Positions 11,343-22,364 of a stretch of 64,000 bases of DNA are shown one piece after another. The notes beneath the pieces are model-generated. The model was not told the DNA's origin. It was given only the letters and a program-made list of their open reading frames with translations, and did no database searches. Within the stretch, counting starts at the first letter, position 1, and the number at the start of each line of letters is the position of its first letter. The translations under genes and the position numbers were made by a program. This DNA comes from Mobula hypostoma (Eukaryota), in contig NC_086097.1 in assembly GCF_963921235.1 (NCBI RefSeq), positions 241,864,001-241,928,000 on the forward strand. The letters run 5' to 3'.

Positions 11343-12786
11343 AAACAACAGGAATTCTGCAGATGCTGGAAATTCAAGCAACACACATCAAAGTTGCTGG
11401 TGAACGCAGCAGGCCAGGCAGCATCTCTAGGAAGAGGTACAGTCAACGTTTCAGGCCGAGACCCTTCGTCAGGACTAACTAAAGGAAGAGTTAGTAACAG
11501 ATTTGAAAGTGGGAAGAGGAGGGGGAGATCCAAAATGATAGGAGAAGACAGGAGGGGGAGGGATGGAGCCAAGAGCTGGACAGGTGATTGGCAAAGGGGA
11601 TGTGAGAGGATCATGGGACAGGAGGCCCAGGGAGAAAGACGGGGGGGGGACCTAGAGGATGGGCAAGGGGTATAGTCAGAGGGACAAAAAGGAGAGTGAG
11701 AGAAAGAATGTGTAAAAATAAATAACGGATGGGGTACGGGGGGAGGTGGGGCATTAGCGGAAGTTAGAGAAGTCAATGTTCATGCCATCAGGTTGGAGGC
11801 TACCCAGACGGAATATAAGGTGTTGTTCCTCCAATCTGAGTGTGGCTTCATCTTTACAGTAGAGGAGGCCATGGATAGACATGTCAGAATGGGAATGGGA
11901 TGTGGAATTAAAATGTGTGGCCACTGGGAGATCCTGCTTTCTCTGGCGGACAGAGCGTAGGTGTTCAGCAAAGCAGTCTCCCAGACTGCGTCGGGTCTCG
12001 CCAATGTATAGAAGGCCACATCGGGAGCACTGGACGCAGTACCATTCAGGGCCCCAGACAGTCCTTCCAGATGAGGCGACACTTCACCTGTGAGTCAGCT
12101 GGGGTGATATACTGTGTCCGGTACTCCCGATGTGGCCTTCTATATATTGGCCAGACCTGATGCAGACTGGGAGATCATTTCGCTGAACACCTACGCTCTG
12201 TCCGCCAGAGAAAGCAGCATCTCCCAGTGGCCACACATTTTAACTCCACGTCCCATTCCCATTATGTCTATCCATGGCCTCCTTTACTGTAAAGATGAAG
12301 CCACACTCAGGTTGGAGGAACAACACCTTATATTCCTAGTGGGGTGGCGGGAGGATGGAGTGAGAGCAGATGTCCGTCTGGGTAGCCTCCAACCTGATGG
12401 CATGAACATCAACTTCTCTAACTTCCGCTAATGCCTCACCTCCCCCTCGTACCCCATCCGTTATTTATTTTTATACACACATTCTTTTTCTCACTCTCCT
12501 TTTTCTCCCTCTGTCCCTCTGACGATACCCCTTGCCCATCCTTTAGGTTCCCCCCCCTTTTCTTTCTCTCCAAGCTTCCCATCCCATGATCCTTTCCCTT
12601 CTCCAGCTCCCTCCCCCTCCTGTCTTCTCCTATCATATCAGATCTCCCCCTCCCCAGCCCACTTTCAAATCTCTTACTATCTCTTCTTTCAGTCAGTCCT
12701 GACGAAGGGTCTCGGCCCGAAACTGTACCTCTTCCTAGAGATGCTGCCTGGCCTGCTGCATTCACCAGCAACTTTAATGTGTGTTG
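11343..12786. mobile_element. Fold-back Penelope-like (Neptune) insertion: minus arm 11343-12040, plus arm 12041-12786
   Basis: GIY-YIG C-terminus on both strands. 16-bp TSD TTTAGAATACTACTAC at 11327-11342 and 12787-12802. Confidence 0.92.
11441..11476 (-). ncRNA. Minimal type I hammerhead ribozyme (GUU triplet)
   Basis: Minus strand AGUC-CUGACGA-AGGGUCUCGGCCU-GAAA-C-GUU^GACU; stem I is AGUC/GACU. Confidence 0.7.
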
Positions 12787-13002
12787 TTTAGAATACTACT
12801 ACTTCTTTGGAAAATATCTATACTGCACCTTCCAAATTGCTCTTAGACTCACTTTCAAGGACTTATCTCATGTTCTCAGTATTATTCGTTTACGTATTTA
12901 TTTTTTAAAATTTATTTGCAGTTTGTCTTCTTTTGCACATTGGTTCGAAGTTTTAGTTTGTGTATAGTTTTCTTAAATTTTATTGTATTTCTTTATTTTC
13001 AG

Positions 13003-14718
13003 AATCAGAATCAGGTTTATTCTCACCGGCATATGACATGAAATTTGTTAACTTAGCAACAGCAGTTCAATGCAATACATAATATAAAAGAGGAACAAAA
13101 TAATAATAAATCAATAACAGTATATGTATATTGAATAGTTTGAAAAATGCACAAAACCAGGAATACTGTATATTAAAAAAAGTGAGGTAGTGTCCAAGGG
13201 TTTAATGTCCATTTAGGAATCGGACGCAGAGGGGAAGAAGCTGTTCCTGAATCACTGAATGTGTGCCTTCAGGCTTCTGTACCTCCTACCTGATGGTAAC
13301 GATAAGAAAAGGGCATGCCCTGGGTGCTGGAAGTCCTCAGAGTCGGCTGCTTCCAGGGTGCTGCATCGGCAGGTTTGCGGCGCTGGAGGTTCATGGCAGG
13401 GAGAGTTTCTCCCTTCTACCGTCTGCGTGAGATGATGGGCTATCGGGACTTTGAGACTTTTTTTTTACCATGCCCATGGTCTGCTCTTTATCAAATTACG
13501 GTATTGCTTTGCACTGTTGTAACTATATGTTATAATTATGTGGTTTTTGTCAGTTTCAGTCTTGGTCTGTCCTGTGTTTCTGTGATATCACTCTGGAGGA
13601 ACATTGTATCATTTCTTAATGCATGCATTTCTAAATGACAATAAACGAGGACTGAGTGTCCTCATAATCTAATCTAATCTAATCTAATGGACGCTGCCTT
13701 TCTGAGACACCACTCCCTGAAGATGTCCTGGGTACTTTGGAGGTTAGTACCCAAGATGGCGCTGACTAGATCTACAACCCTCTGCAGCTTCTTTTGGTCC
13801 TGTGCAGTAGCCCCCCACCCCCCGGCCCCCAACATACCAGACAGTGATGCAGCCTGTCAGAATGCACTCCACGGTACATCTATAGAAGTTTTTAAGTGTA
13901 TTTGTTGACATGCCAAATCTCTTCAAACTCCTAATGAAGTTTAGCTGCTGTCTTGCCTTCTTTATAACTACATCGATATGTTAGGACCAGGTTAGATGCT
14001 CAGAGATCTTGATGCCCAGGAACTTTAAACTGCTCACTCTCTCCACCTCTGATCCCTCTATGAGAATTGGTATACGTTCCTTTGTCTTACCCTTCCTGAA
14101 GTCTACAATCAGCTCTTTCGTCTTACTGACGTTGAGAGTGCCAGGTTGTTGCTGCTGCACCACTCCACTAGCTGGCACATCTCACTCCTGTATGCCCTCT
14201 CGTCACCACCTGAGATTCTACCAACAATGGTTGTATTGTCAGCAAGTTTACAGATGGTACTTGAGCTGTGCCTAGCCACACAGTTGTGTGTTTTCAGAGA
14301 GTAGAGCAGTGGGCTAAACACACACCCCTAAGGTGCACCAATGTTGATCGTCAGCGAGGAGGATATGTTATCACCAATCCGCACAGACTGTGGTCTTCCG
14401 GTTAGGAAGTCGAGGATCCTATTGCAGAGGGAGGTCCAGAGGCCCAGGTTCTGCAACTTCTCGATCAGGATTGTGAGAATGATGGTATTATTCCAATTTC
14501 CCCCTGGATCAATAAAGTATGACTATGACTGTGACTATTAAATGCTGAGCTATAGTCAATAAACAACATCCTGACATAGGTGTTTGTGTTGTCTAGGTGG
14601 TCTAAAGCCATGTGGAGAGCCATTGAGATTGACTCTTCGTATTGTGGTGATAAGCAAATTGCAATGGGTCCAGGTCCTTGCCGAGGCTGGAGTTCAGTCA
14701 TCATGACCAACCTCTCAT
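13003..14718 (-). mobile_element. Rex1/Babar LINE, RT C-terminal half plus 3' UTR (frameshifted, with nested insertions)
   Basis: ALDHLDNTNTYVRMLFIDYSSAFN; SPLLYSL.THNC..KLADNTTIVG..NNLAL/NVSKTKELIVDFRK; NFYRCTVECILTGCITVWY; (GATTCT)n tail at about 13003. Confidence 0.9.
13340..13685 (+). mobile_element. Non-autonomous LINE-dependent element with 3' stem-loop and (AATCT)n tail
   Basis: Interrupts Rex1 at gtcctca^taatggacg. Ends AATAAAc-GAGGAC-tgagt-GTCCTC-at(AATCT)4. Confidence 0.75.
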
Positions 14719-15984
14719 GACTATTTTCCTGTAAACACCTGCAAGAAAATGAATCTGAAGGTAGTATATGGTGAAGTATATATACTTCAGTAATAAATTT
14801 ACTTTGAAGTTTGAAAGTGTAGTCACTGATTTTCTGCCATTTTAAATAATTTTTTCTCTAGATTTAATACTGTAAGGTTCCTGAAGTTGCAGTAATATCC
14901 CACCACTTAAAGTGGGTATCCTGCATGGATTTCAAGGAGTACTTTGCTACACTGTTCAATGTAACACAAAGACGTGTTTAGAAGTAAATAATGGTTAATC
15001 CAGATTTTCTTATTTGTATGATTTTCAAACACTGTGTTTAAACCTGTTTAAGCGATCTGCTCTAAGTTTTTGTTTCTAAACATTTTAATTTTGAATTTCT
15101 TTTAAATAATTATTGATGGTTCCTTAACTTTTTGGATATCTTTTAAAAAGGTATGTTGCCAAGTTCTTTAAAAGTACTGAGATTAGAACATTGAAGGCCT
15201 ATGAACAGGTAAAGAAGGGTTATATAATGAAGGGTTATATAATGAACAAAAGTTTCCTGCACAATGCTTTCTGAAATGCTGAGATATTGCGATCTCACTG
15301 ATATAGAACAGGTTTGCAGATACTTGGGCCACAATGTACAAAAGCAGGAAAGAAATCATTGAAACCACAGACAACCAGAAGAGTAGAGAGTTGATACAAA
15401 GTGAAGACATGTGGCTAAGGTGAAGAAGTACTTCACTGCAAAGTCATAAAACATACAACAGTACAGCACAGTAAAGGCACCTTGGTCTGGTTAACAATGT
15501 TGTGACAATCTTCTCACCTACTTTTGAGATCTAGTTAACCCATATCCAAATCAAAATAAAAATAGGTAATACAACTACAATGAAAATTAGACAGTCAAGA
15601 TTAAAAATAAAGTGTGTTCCATTATAGAGATATAAACAGATAAACCAAAAATAACAGAATCATGAAAGGTTCAGAGCACTCAGTTTTTCATGTGTGCACT
15701 AATTTTGTGTAACAGCAATACACTTTACCCACACTCCTGTCATTATTTCCTGTCAGATACTTATCCAGCTAATTTATGATCATTAGAATTGAATCCTCCT
15801 TCAAAACCATTCTGAGAGAGTATTCCAGACCCTTAAACACTCACTGCAAAGGAGCCTTGCCCCATGTCATCTCTGATATTTTTTTTACAAATTGTGTTAA
15901 TTCTCCATCCACTGGTTTTAAGGCTGATAGGGAAGGCATGGTGAGCAGGAAGATAAACTTTATAGTTTGCTTTTCTTGTTGAGA

Positions 15985-16230
15985 CACAAAGCAGAACAGG
16001 CCCTTCCAGTTCAACGAATCACATCGTCCAGCATCCCACCTATTCAACCCAAGCCTAACCAAGCTTAATCACATGACAATAACCTACTAATTCGTACATT
16101 TTTGGACTGTGGGAGGAAATCAAAGTACCCAGAGGAAACCTACATAGTCTCACAGAGGGTGTTGGAACTGAACTCTGACCTGTGACACCCTGAGCTGTAA
16201 TAGTCGTGCTAATTGCTACAATATCATGGT
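15985..16230 (-). mobile_element. V-SINE/HE1-like SINE
   Basis: tttggactgtgggaggaaatcaaagtacccagaggaaacc (reverse core). Confidence 0.7.
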
Positions 16231-16388
16231 GCCCACATTAAGTTATATCTGCATGTTTTTTTTTCGTTATAGTTGCACTTACTGGATACATAGCTTGAGA
16301 ACTGTAAGTACTTTTTAGAACAGTCCAAGTGCAAAAACTACTGAACTTAACTCTGATGCAGTTCCATACCGCTCAAGTTATGAAACAG

Positions 16389-16405
16389 ACTGCCACCTAG
16401 TGTTA
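16389..16405 (-). promoter_or_regulatory. Candidate CTCF site
   Basis: Minus strand aACACTAGGTGGCAGt, close to the CCACYAGRKGGCRS consensus, in non-repeat sequence. Confidence 0.45.
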
Positions 16406-16841
16406 GAGATTCATTCAGATGGCATTTACATGCTCTTGGAGCAAAGGCAATCTTGATATAATCAGGCAAGATCAAGCTAAGAAGTTTGGGCAGATTAAGC
16501 CATAAAGTTTCATTTTATAATATGTATTTTTCTAGTTAAACACTACAGCAGCTTCTTTTAATATAATTTTCACATTATAAGACATTTCAGGAACAATAAC
16601 AAACAGACATTATGCCAACCCAGATCAAGCACAAGGGCAAATAATGAAAAGCTTGGTCAAGGAGGTGGGTTTATCCACATCCAGAAGGATATACCAGGAG
16701 ACCCAATTCTGTAACCATGACCATCTTTAAGAAGGGAAACATTCACCCAATGCCAACTACAGAGGGGGTTACCTGTTGTCACAGGGCAAGTCACTACCAG
16801 GATCTCTACAAAGAACCAGAGAGCTACTCTCAGAATATAGT

Positions 16842-16981
16842 AACACACATAAAAGTTGCTGGTGAATGCAGCAGGCCAGGCAGCATCTCTAGGAGGATGC
16901 TGCCTGGCCTGCTGTATTCACCAGCAACTTCTATGTGTGTTGCTTGAAATTCCAGCATCTGCAGATTTCCTCGTGTTTGCG
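16842..16981. mobile_element. 140-bp fold-back Penelope pLTR mini-insertion
   Basis: 46-bp inverted repeat 16842-16887/16896-16941 plus tail. 13-bp TSD CTCAGAATATAGT at 16829-16841 and 16982-16994. Confidence 0.9.
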
Positions 16982-17089
16982 CTCAGAATATAGTGTTAAC
17001 TTCACCCATAAAAAGCACATGAACTGTATTGGATGAAAAATCTCAGCATTTTCTGATGTAAACTTTTAAGCCTCTCAATTGAGAAAGAA

Positions 17090-17474
17090 CATTGTTGCAC
17101 TATAGAAAGCATCTTATTCTTGGTAAGGCAACTGTGCTGCATGTGACCGCAAGAAACTGTAGAGCTGTGCACATCCTCCCATTAGAGAGCAGATACAAAA
17201 ACCTGAAAGTACATACCACCAACTTCAAGGAGAACATTTATCCTATTGTTACAAGATTTTTGAATGGTTCTCCAGTGTGATAAGGAGAACTCTTGACTTC
17301 ACTGATCTACCTCTTTATGACCTTGCACATTATGTCAATCTGCACTGCATTTTCTCTGTGGCTTAATTTATTCTGCATTATTTTTATTTACCTTGTACTA
17401 CCTTGATGTTCTGTTTAATGAACTGATCTAAACGAACAGTATATAAGGCAAGCTTTTCACTGGTCCTCAGTACA
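17090..17474 (+). mobile_element. Decayed Rex1-type 3' end
   Basis: LPLESRYKNLKVHTTNFKENIYP motif plus 3' UTR. Confidence 0.65.
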
Positions 17475-17990
17475 TGTAATGGTTGCAAGTATTATGTTGG
17501 CGAAACTGGGAGAAAACTATCCACAAGGATCCATGAACATCAACTGGTTGTAAAGAAGCATGACCAACTCTCCCTAGTTTCTACCCATGAAGATCAAGAG
17601 GGGCACAAATTCAGCTGGGCATCAGTGAAAGTCACACAGCAAGCGAACACATGGCATGCAAGAGAATTCCTAGAGGTGCAGTTTTCCACAAACGATTCTG
17701 TAAACAAACATGTAGACCCTGATCCTACTTACGAGTTGATGCAGGCGAAGTTCCAGACAACGACACAGGAAGTTCGCCACACAGCCAATCAGCAATGAGA
17801 TTTCTTCCGCATATCACAAGTTTCCAAAATGACGTCCTATCAGCTGATTGAAAAGTATATAAAGTCCAAACATTCAGCAGACATGTCACAATCAACAGTG
17901 TGGTGACTATGTCTCCTCATATGGTGACAAAACTTTTGCAAGTAAATTGTCAAGATGGGAGAGCAACTCAACCCAACCATCAACTACCCA
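17475..17990 (+). mobile_element. Second Penelope-like family (Poseidon/Penelope-type) 3' end: GIY-YIG endonuclease plus pLTR
   Basis: Open frame 17475-17798: CNGCKYYVGETGRKLSTRIHEHQLVVKKHDQLSLVSTHEDQEGHKFSWASVKV..AREFLE..NKHVD. It is followed by a TATA-like gtatataaag and a decayed hammerhead-like motif at about 17900-17940. Confidence 0.85.
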
Positions 17991-18509
17991 AACTACACAA
18001 CTTCCAAGTTGTAAACCAATTTACACTTCTTCCATGAGAGCACCATGCAATGATCCCAACCAATGGGTTAATGACACCTTCTCCCAAAACAAACTTTTCT
18101 CCAGCATGTTCCAGCACCTTAGCTTTTGGTGGCAGTGTGATTTTTTTTATTATTATTAATTTTTTTATTGCAACACCAACAAATTACATTTAATACAACC
18201 AGTTGCCAATTACATTTTGACTGTTTAACCCAGCCACCCACCAACCTTCATCACCATCCCCCCTCCACCCCTCTCTCCCCCCCACCAATGATTTTCAACA
18301 GGAAAATGCACTTTCTTTTCTTCAGATCACCTCATCCTGCTTCATCCACTGGTCCTCCACGTAGGCTGCCATTTCCCACTGGCAACCAGGATACCAGAAA
18401 TGCTTTCCTCCTGCATCCTCTGGGCTGATTAGTTTTTCATTCTTGGTCTCAATTTCAGTACACCCATCTTCTCTATACAACAAATTTTCTGTCCTTTTAA
18501 AGCTTCCAT

Positions 18510-19160
18510 AGCCGCACAGTGGAAAGCATCCTGACTGGTTGCATCATGGCCTGGTATGGGAACGCCAATGCCCAAGAACAGAAAAGCCTACAAACCAGTA
18601 ATGGATACTAACCAGTCCACCATAAAAATAGCCCTCCCCAACACTGAGCACGTCTACAAGGAGCACTGTCACAAGAAAGCAGCATCCATTATCAAGGACC
18701 CCCATCATCCAGGCCATGCCCACTTCTGACTGCTGTCACTGGGATGGAGGTACAGGAGCCTTAGGTCTTACACAACCAGGTTCAGGAACAGTTATTACCC
18801 TTCAACCACCAGGCTCCTGAAACAGAGTGGGTAACTTCACTCTCCTCAACAATGATGGACTCACTTTCAAGGACATGACAACTCACTGTCCCAGTTATTA
18901 TGCACATATAATTTACTATTATTAGCAGTTATAATCATTATTTTTTTATTTGGACAGCTTGTCTTCTTTTACACATTGATTGCGAGTCTTTGTGTGTAGT
19001 TTTTCATTCATTCTATCGTATTTCTTTGCTCTATTGTGAACTGACAATAAAAGAGGACTACGTGGCTTCATAATCTAAAATCCCTACAAGAAACTGAATT
19101 TCAGGGTAGTGTATGGTGACGTTTATGTATTTTCAAAATAAATTTACTTTGAACTTTGGG
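18510..19160 (+). mobile_element. Rex1-type LINE 3' end
   Basis: gtggaaagcatcctgactggttgcatcatggcctggtatgg...aaagcagcatccattatcaaggacccccatcatccagg; tail aataaatttactttgaacttt. Confidence 0.85.
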
Positions 19161-19494
19161 GACACAATTGTGAATACACTGCACTGGGTACTTCAGTGAA
19201 GATTAGGATCTTACTGGCAATGAGAGATCCCAATGAAACACGCACATAAAAATAAAGTCAAATGTGATAACCCATTATTCTTTCTTCATGAAATGCTTTC
19301 TTTAAAACATGTAAAACACTACTTAAATACATGGTGCTGCTGTTCACATCTTTACATGGTCACCAACAACTGTTACTACTAGTTTATAAAGATATTGAGA
19401 AAAATCTAAGAACTGATGTAAGCTGAGCAGAACTCTCCATGTGCTTCACTTCTTAAAAAATAAAAGCCCATATAAATTATTTTATTTTATTGAG

Positions 19495-19765
19495 ATACAA
19501 CACAGAATAAGCCCATCCCACCCTTTGGGCCTCGCCACTCAGCAACTCCCGATTTAAACCTAGCCTAATCACGAGATGATTTACAATAACCAATTAACCA
19601 ACCAACTGGTATGTCTCTGAACTGTGGGAGGAAACTGGAGCACTGGAGGAAATGCATGTGGTCACGGGGAGAATGTACAAACTCTTTACAGGCAGAGGCA
19701 GGAACTGAACCCTGGTCACTGGTACTGTAAAGCATGGTGCTAATCACCACGCTACATGCTGCCCT
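19495..19765 (-). mobile_element. V-SINE/HE1-like SINE
   Basis: gtgggaggaaactggagcactggaggaaa reverse core; tRNA-like head at about 19700-19760. Confidence 0.75.
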
Positions 19766-20529
19766 TGAAACCCACACCTTCTAACTTAGGCAAGGAAAGA
19801 AAGTACATCCTTTTCATTGAGGTAAATGAACTTCTGGTGAGCATCGATCCCAAACACGTGTTTCCATCTTCTTCTAGTTCTATTTCAGATTTCCAGCATC
19901 TGGTTTTCCAAACTTTGTAACTTTGCAGCATTTTACAGAATTAACATGAACCTAATGAAAGGCACATCATGAGTTAACTTTATATACTGGCAGACCATCA
20001 TTACAACACTGATGCAAATTTGAACACTTGAGACTGCAAATCAAAACTCCAAGGCAGTTAGTGATTTCACAGAAGTGAAAATTCCTTGCAGCAGCACAAC
20101 TTTGGTCTCCCAGACAGCCAATGCCCAGCAGGACACTACTGCAAAGCTTAGTTTTCTGTCAGCAATATGAGCGTTGGAGTAAATTATGCTCATTTCCCTT
20201 CATAGTATAACTGTACCATTAGATTTGAAAAAAGACACGTCTCGAAGATGTGAAACAGAAGACTGCCTCAAATCCATGAATAATATGTTTCTACTGAGAA
20301 ACCGAAGCTCCAAGCATTTAACTTAACTTTTCTTATTAACATGCTGGATAGGCATCTTCTTTCCTCCTAAATATAAATGGAAAACAAGCGCATGACTTAA
20401 ACAAATTATTTTCTAAGTCTATTGTTCTCCCTTTCAGCTTCGATAAGTAGTTTTTGAAAAATTCCCAATTACCCACCTCAAACGCTAGCATTATTAAAGG
20501 AGGACACATTGTAAGAGGAATGGTCTTTC

Positions 20530-20785
20530 CTGCTTGTTCTGTTGATAATTATAGAGTCTGTTCATATGTTCACATTTATTTAAGTTTGATTATTGACACT
20601 TGCGCATGTGACCATCCTGCTAATTGTTGATTGCTCATGACTGTTTGCACGATTGCCTTGTAAATAGTTGGTTACTATTATATTGGTCTGTTATGGTATT
20701 GTCCTGTGTTTTATACTTGGCTCCGAACCACAATCAATTCTGGTACGCTTCACAAACTGGCAATGAAGTGATTCGGAGTTTGAAT
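20530..20785 (+). repeat. Dispersed repeat (LINE 3' UTR-like), second copy at about 50025-50260
   Basis: Shared gttcacatttatttaagtttgattattga...caattctggta...ctggcaat block in both places. Confidence 0.7.
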
Positions 20786-21919
20786 TAGAAATTTAAGAGA
20801 ACGCAACTAAAAAGAATGGAATTCAGAATCTACTATCAGCATTCAACACTATTGACTGTAGTGTCAACTTGAATCAGTGGTGAAAGGCTTGCTTGCAAAT
20901 TAAAAAGCGGCAAGTTAAAGCCTCTCTTAGCATCTGTGCAGATAATTTACAGTGTTCCATCAGGACAATGACTAAATGGCTGCTTATAGCATCAGGATAC
21001 TTTTTCAATAATCCGCGAAATGGAGACCTTCATTTACCAATTCAGGCAAAAATCCTACCTCACTACTTAAGGAAAAGCACACATTTCTTGGGATGATAAG
21101 CTTCCCAACGAACAGCATCAGGAGTTCAATTTTTTTTAAATCTCACTTCTATCTGTGTGACCTTACCGCCTGCACAACCCAATATCTGCTCACCAAACTA
21201 ATTCCTTGGCTGGCAAGTCCAGTGTTACAAGTAGTTGTCACAAACTGGAGACTTCCTGGGTTGCAGTCAATGACCATGACTTTTGTGCCGTAGTATGCCT
21301 TTCGCTTTCCACGAAACGTTGTAGAACCAGCTTCCTGCCGTAGGATCTCACTGTTGATCTCATCAGCCCAGTCTGGCAGAGGAGACTTCACATGCTAGGA
21401 CAGGCACAGCCCTATCTCACCAGAGTAGTTCGCCCACCAGTTATTCTCAGCTGTTTTAGCCCACCTGTCACAGTGGTGTCTGGGATGTGGCCACTGTTAT
21501 ATGCAACTTGGAGCCCCAGGTCAGAGCGGAGTATCCACTGAAGACCTAAGATGAGTGAGCTGCCGTAGAATGGACATGGCACTCCTTAACAATGATACTG
21601 CATCAGTTAAGTACATTTCCTCAAAATCTTACTGCTTTTTCCATTCCCTTCTCTTCTGACAACACTGCAGAGTAGAAACATGATATGTTGCATCCAGACA
21701 GGTTAGCAGTAAATTGGGATTAACAATGAAGTCAATATCCATCAGTAATGAATCAACAACCTGAAAATGCTCAACACTAATACTTCAAATAAGAAGCACA
21801 CCAGTTACTGGTGTAACTGAGCGGAAACAAAATCACAATTTTCATTCAATTACAAATAATAAAGATAACCTTTTAACTACAAAAGGAATGATTAAAGAAT
21901 TTTCAGATTATTACACATT

Positions 21920-22337
21920 CATCATTCATGGCTCCATCTAAGTAGACAATGGATGCGCCCATTCCGGAGCGCAGACCTGGGCAATAAATATGGAGATCCT
22001 GGGCTGCCCAGACATCAAGATTCCCCTCTCGGCCTCGCGGACGTGGTCCAAAGGAATGCAAAGCAGTACATTTGGCCTCAGCTTGGCCACAGGAGCTGCC
22101 GGGAGGTGACGTGATACATCATCCAACCGCCTTAGGGGGCTCCACTCTGGATTTGTGTAGGGTTTACTCCTTAGCCTTCTCTTCTCCCGAAGATACCCAC
22201 AAGGCAGTGGGATCCGTAACCCTGGATAGGGGCCCATAGCGGGTTCTGTCAGCTGGAGCCAGCTGAGCCCAGGACTCGTGTAAGGCAGAGTCATCAAGCC
22301 CTGTAGTAGTGACATATGGAGCCACTACCCACTACCT
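21920..22337 (-). mobile_element. RTE-clade-derived short non-autonomous element (5' UTR joined to 3' end)
   Basis: Minus strand aaggctaaggagtaaaccctacacaaatcc...ctcccggcagctcctgtggccaagctg...tgcattcctttggaccac resembles RTE 5' UTRs as I recall them. Short (ATGA)-like tail. GC-rich island in an AT-rich background. Confidence 0.55.
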
Positions 22338-22364
22338 TATTATACAAGTTACAGAATAATGTAG

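Noticed and set aside
11394..11675. Recurrent ORFs MLVNAAGQAASLGRGTV... and MTSLTSAN... (also at 12436, 42282, 43495, 43551, 46111, 47607)
   Set aside because: These are readings through the non-coding pLTR/3' UTR of the Penelope copies on either strand. Frames differ between copies and have no recognisable domain.
15214..15246. 15-bp tandem duplication GAAGGGTTATATAAT x2
   Set aside because: Ordinary slippage duplication with no further structure.
19690..19765. tRNA-like A/B box sequence
   Set aside because: It is the decayed head of a SINE and cannot form a cloverleaf.
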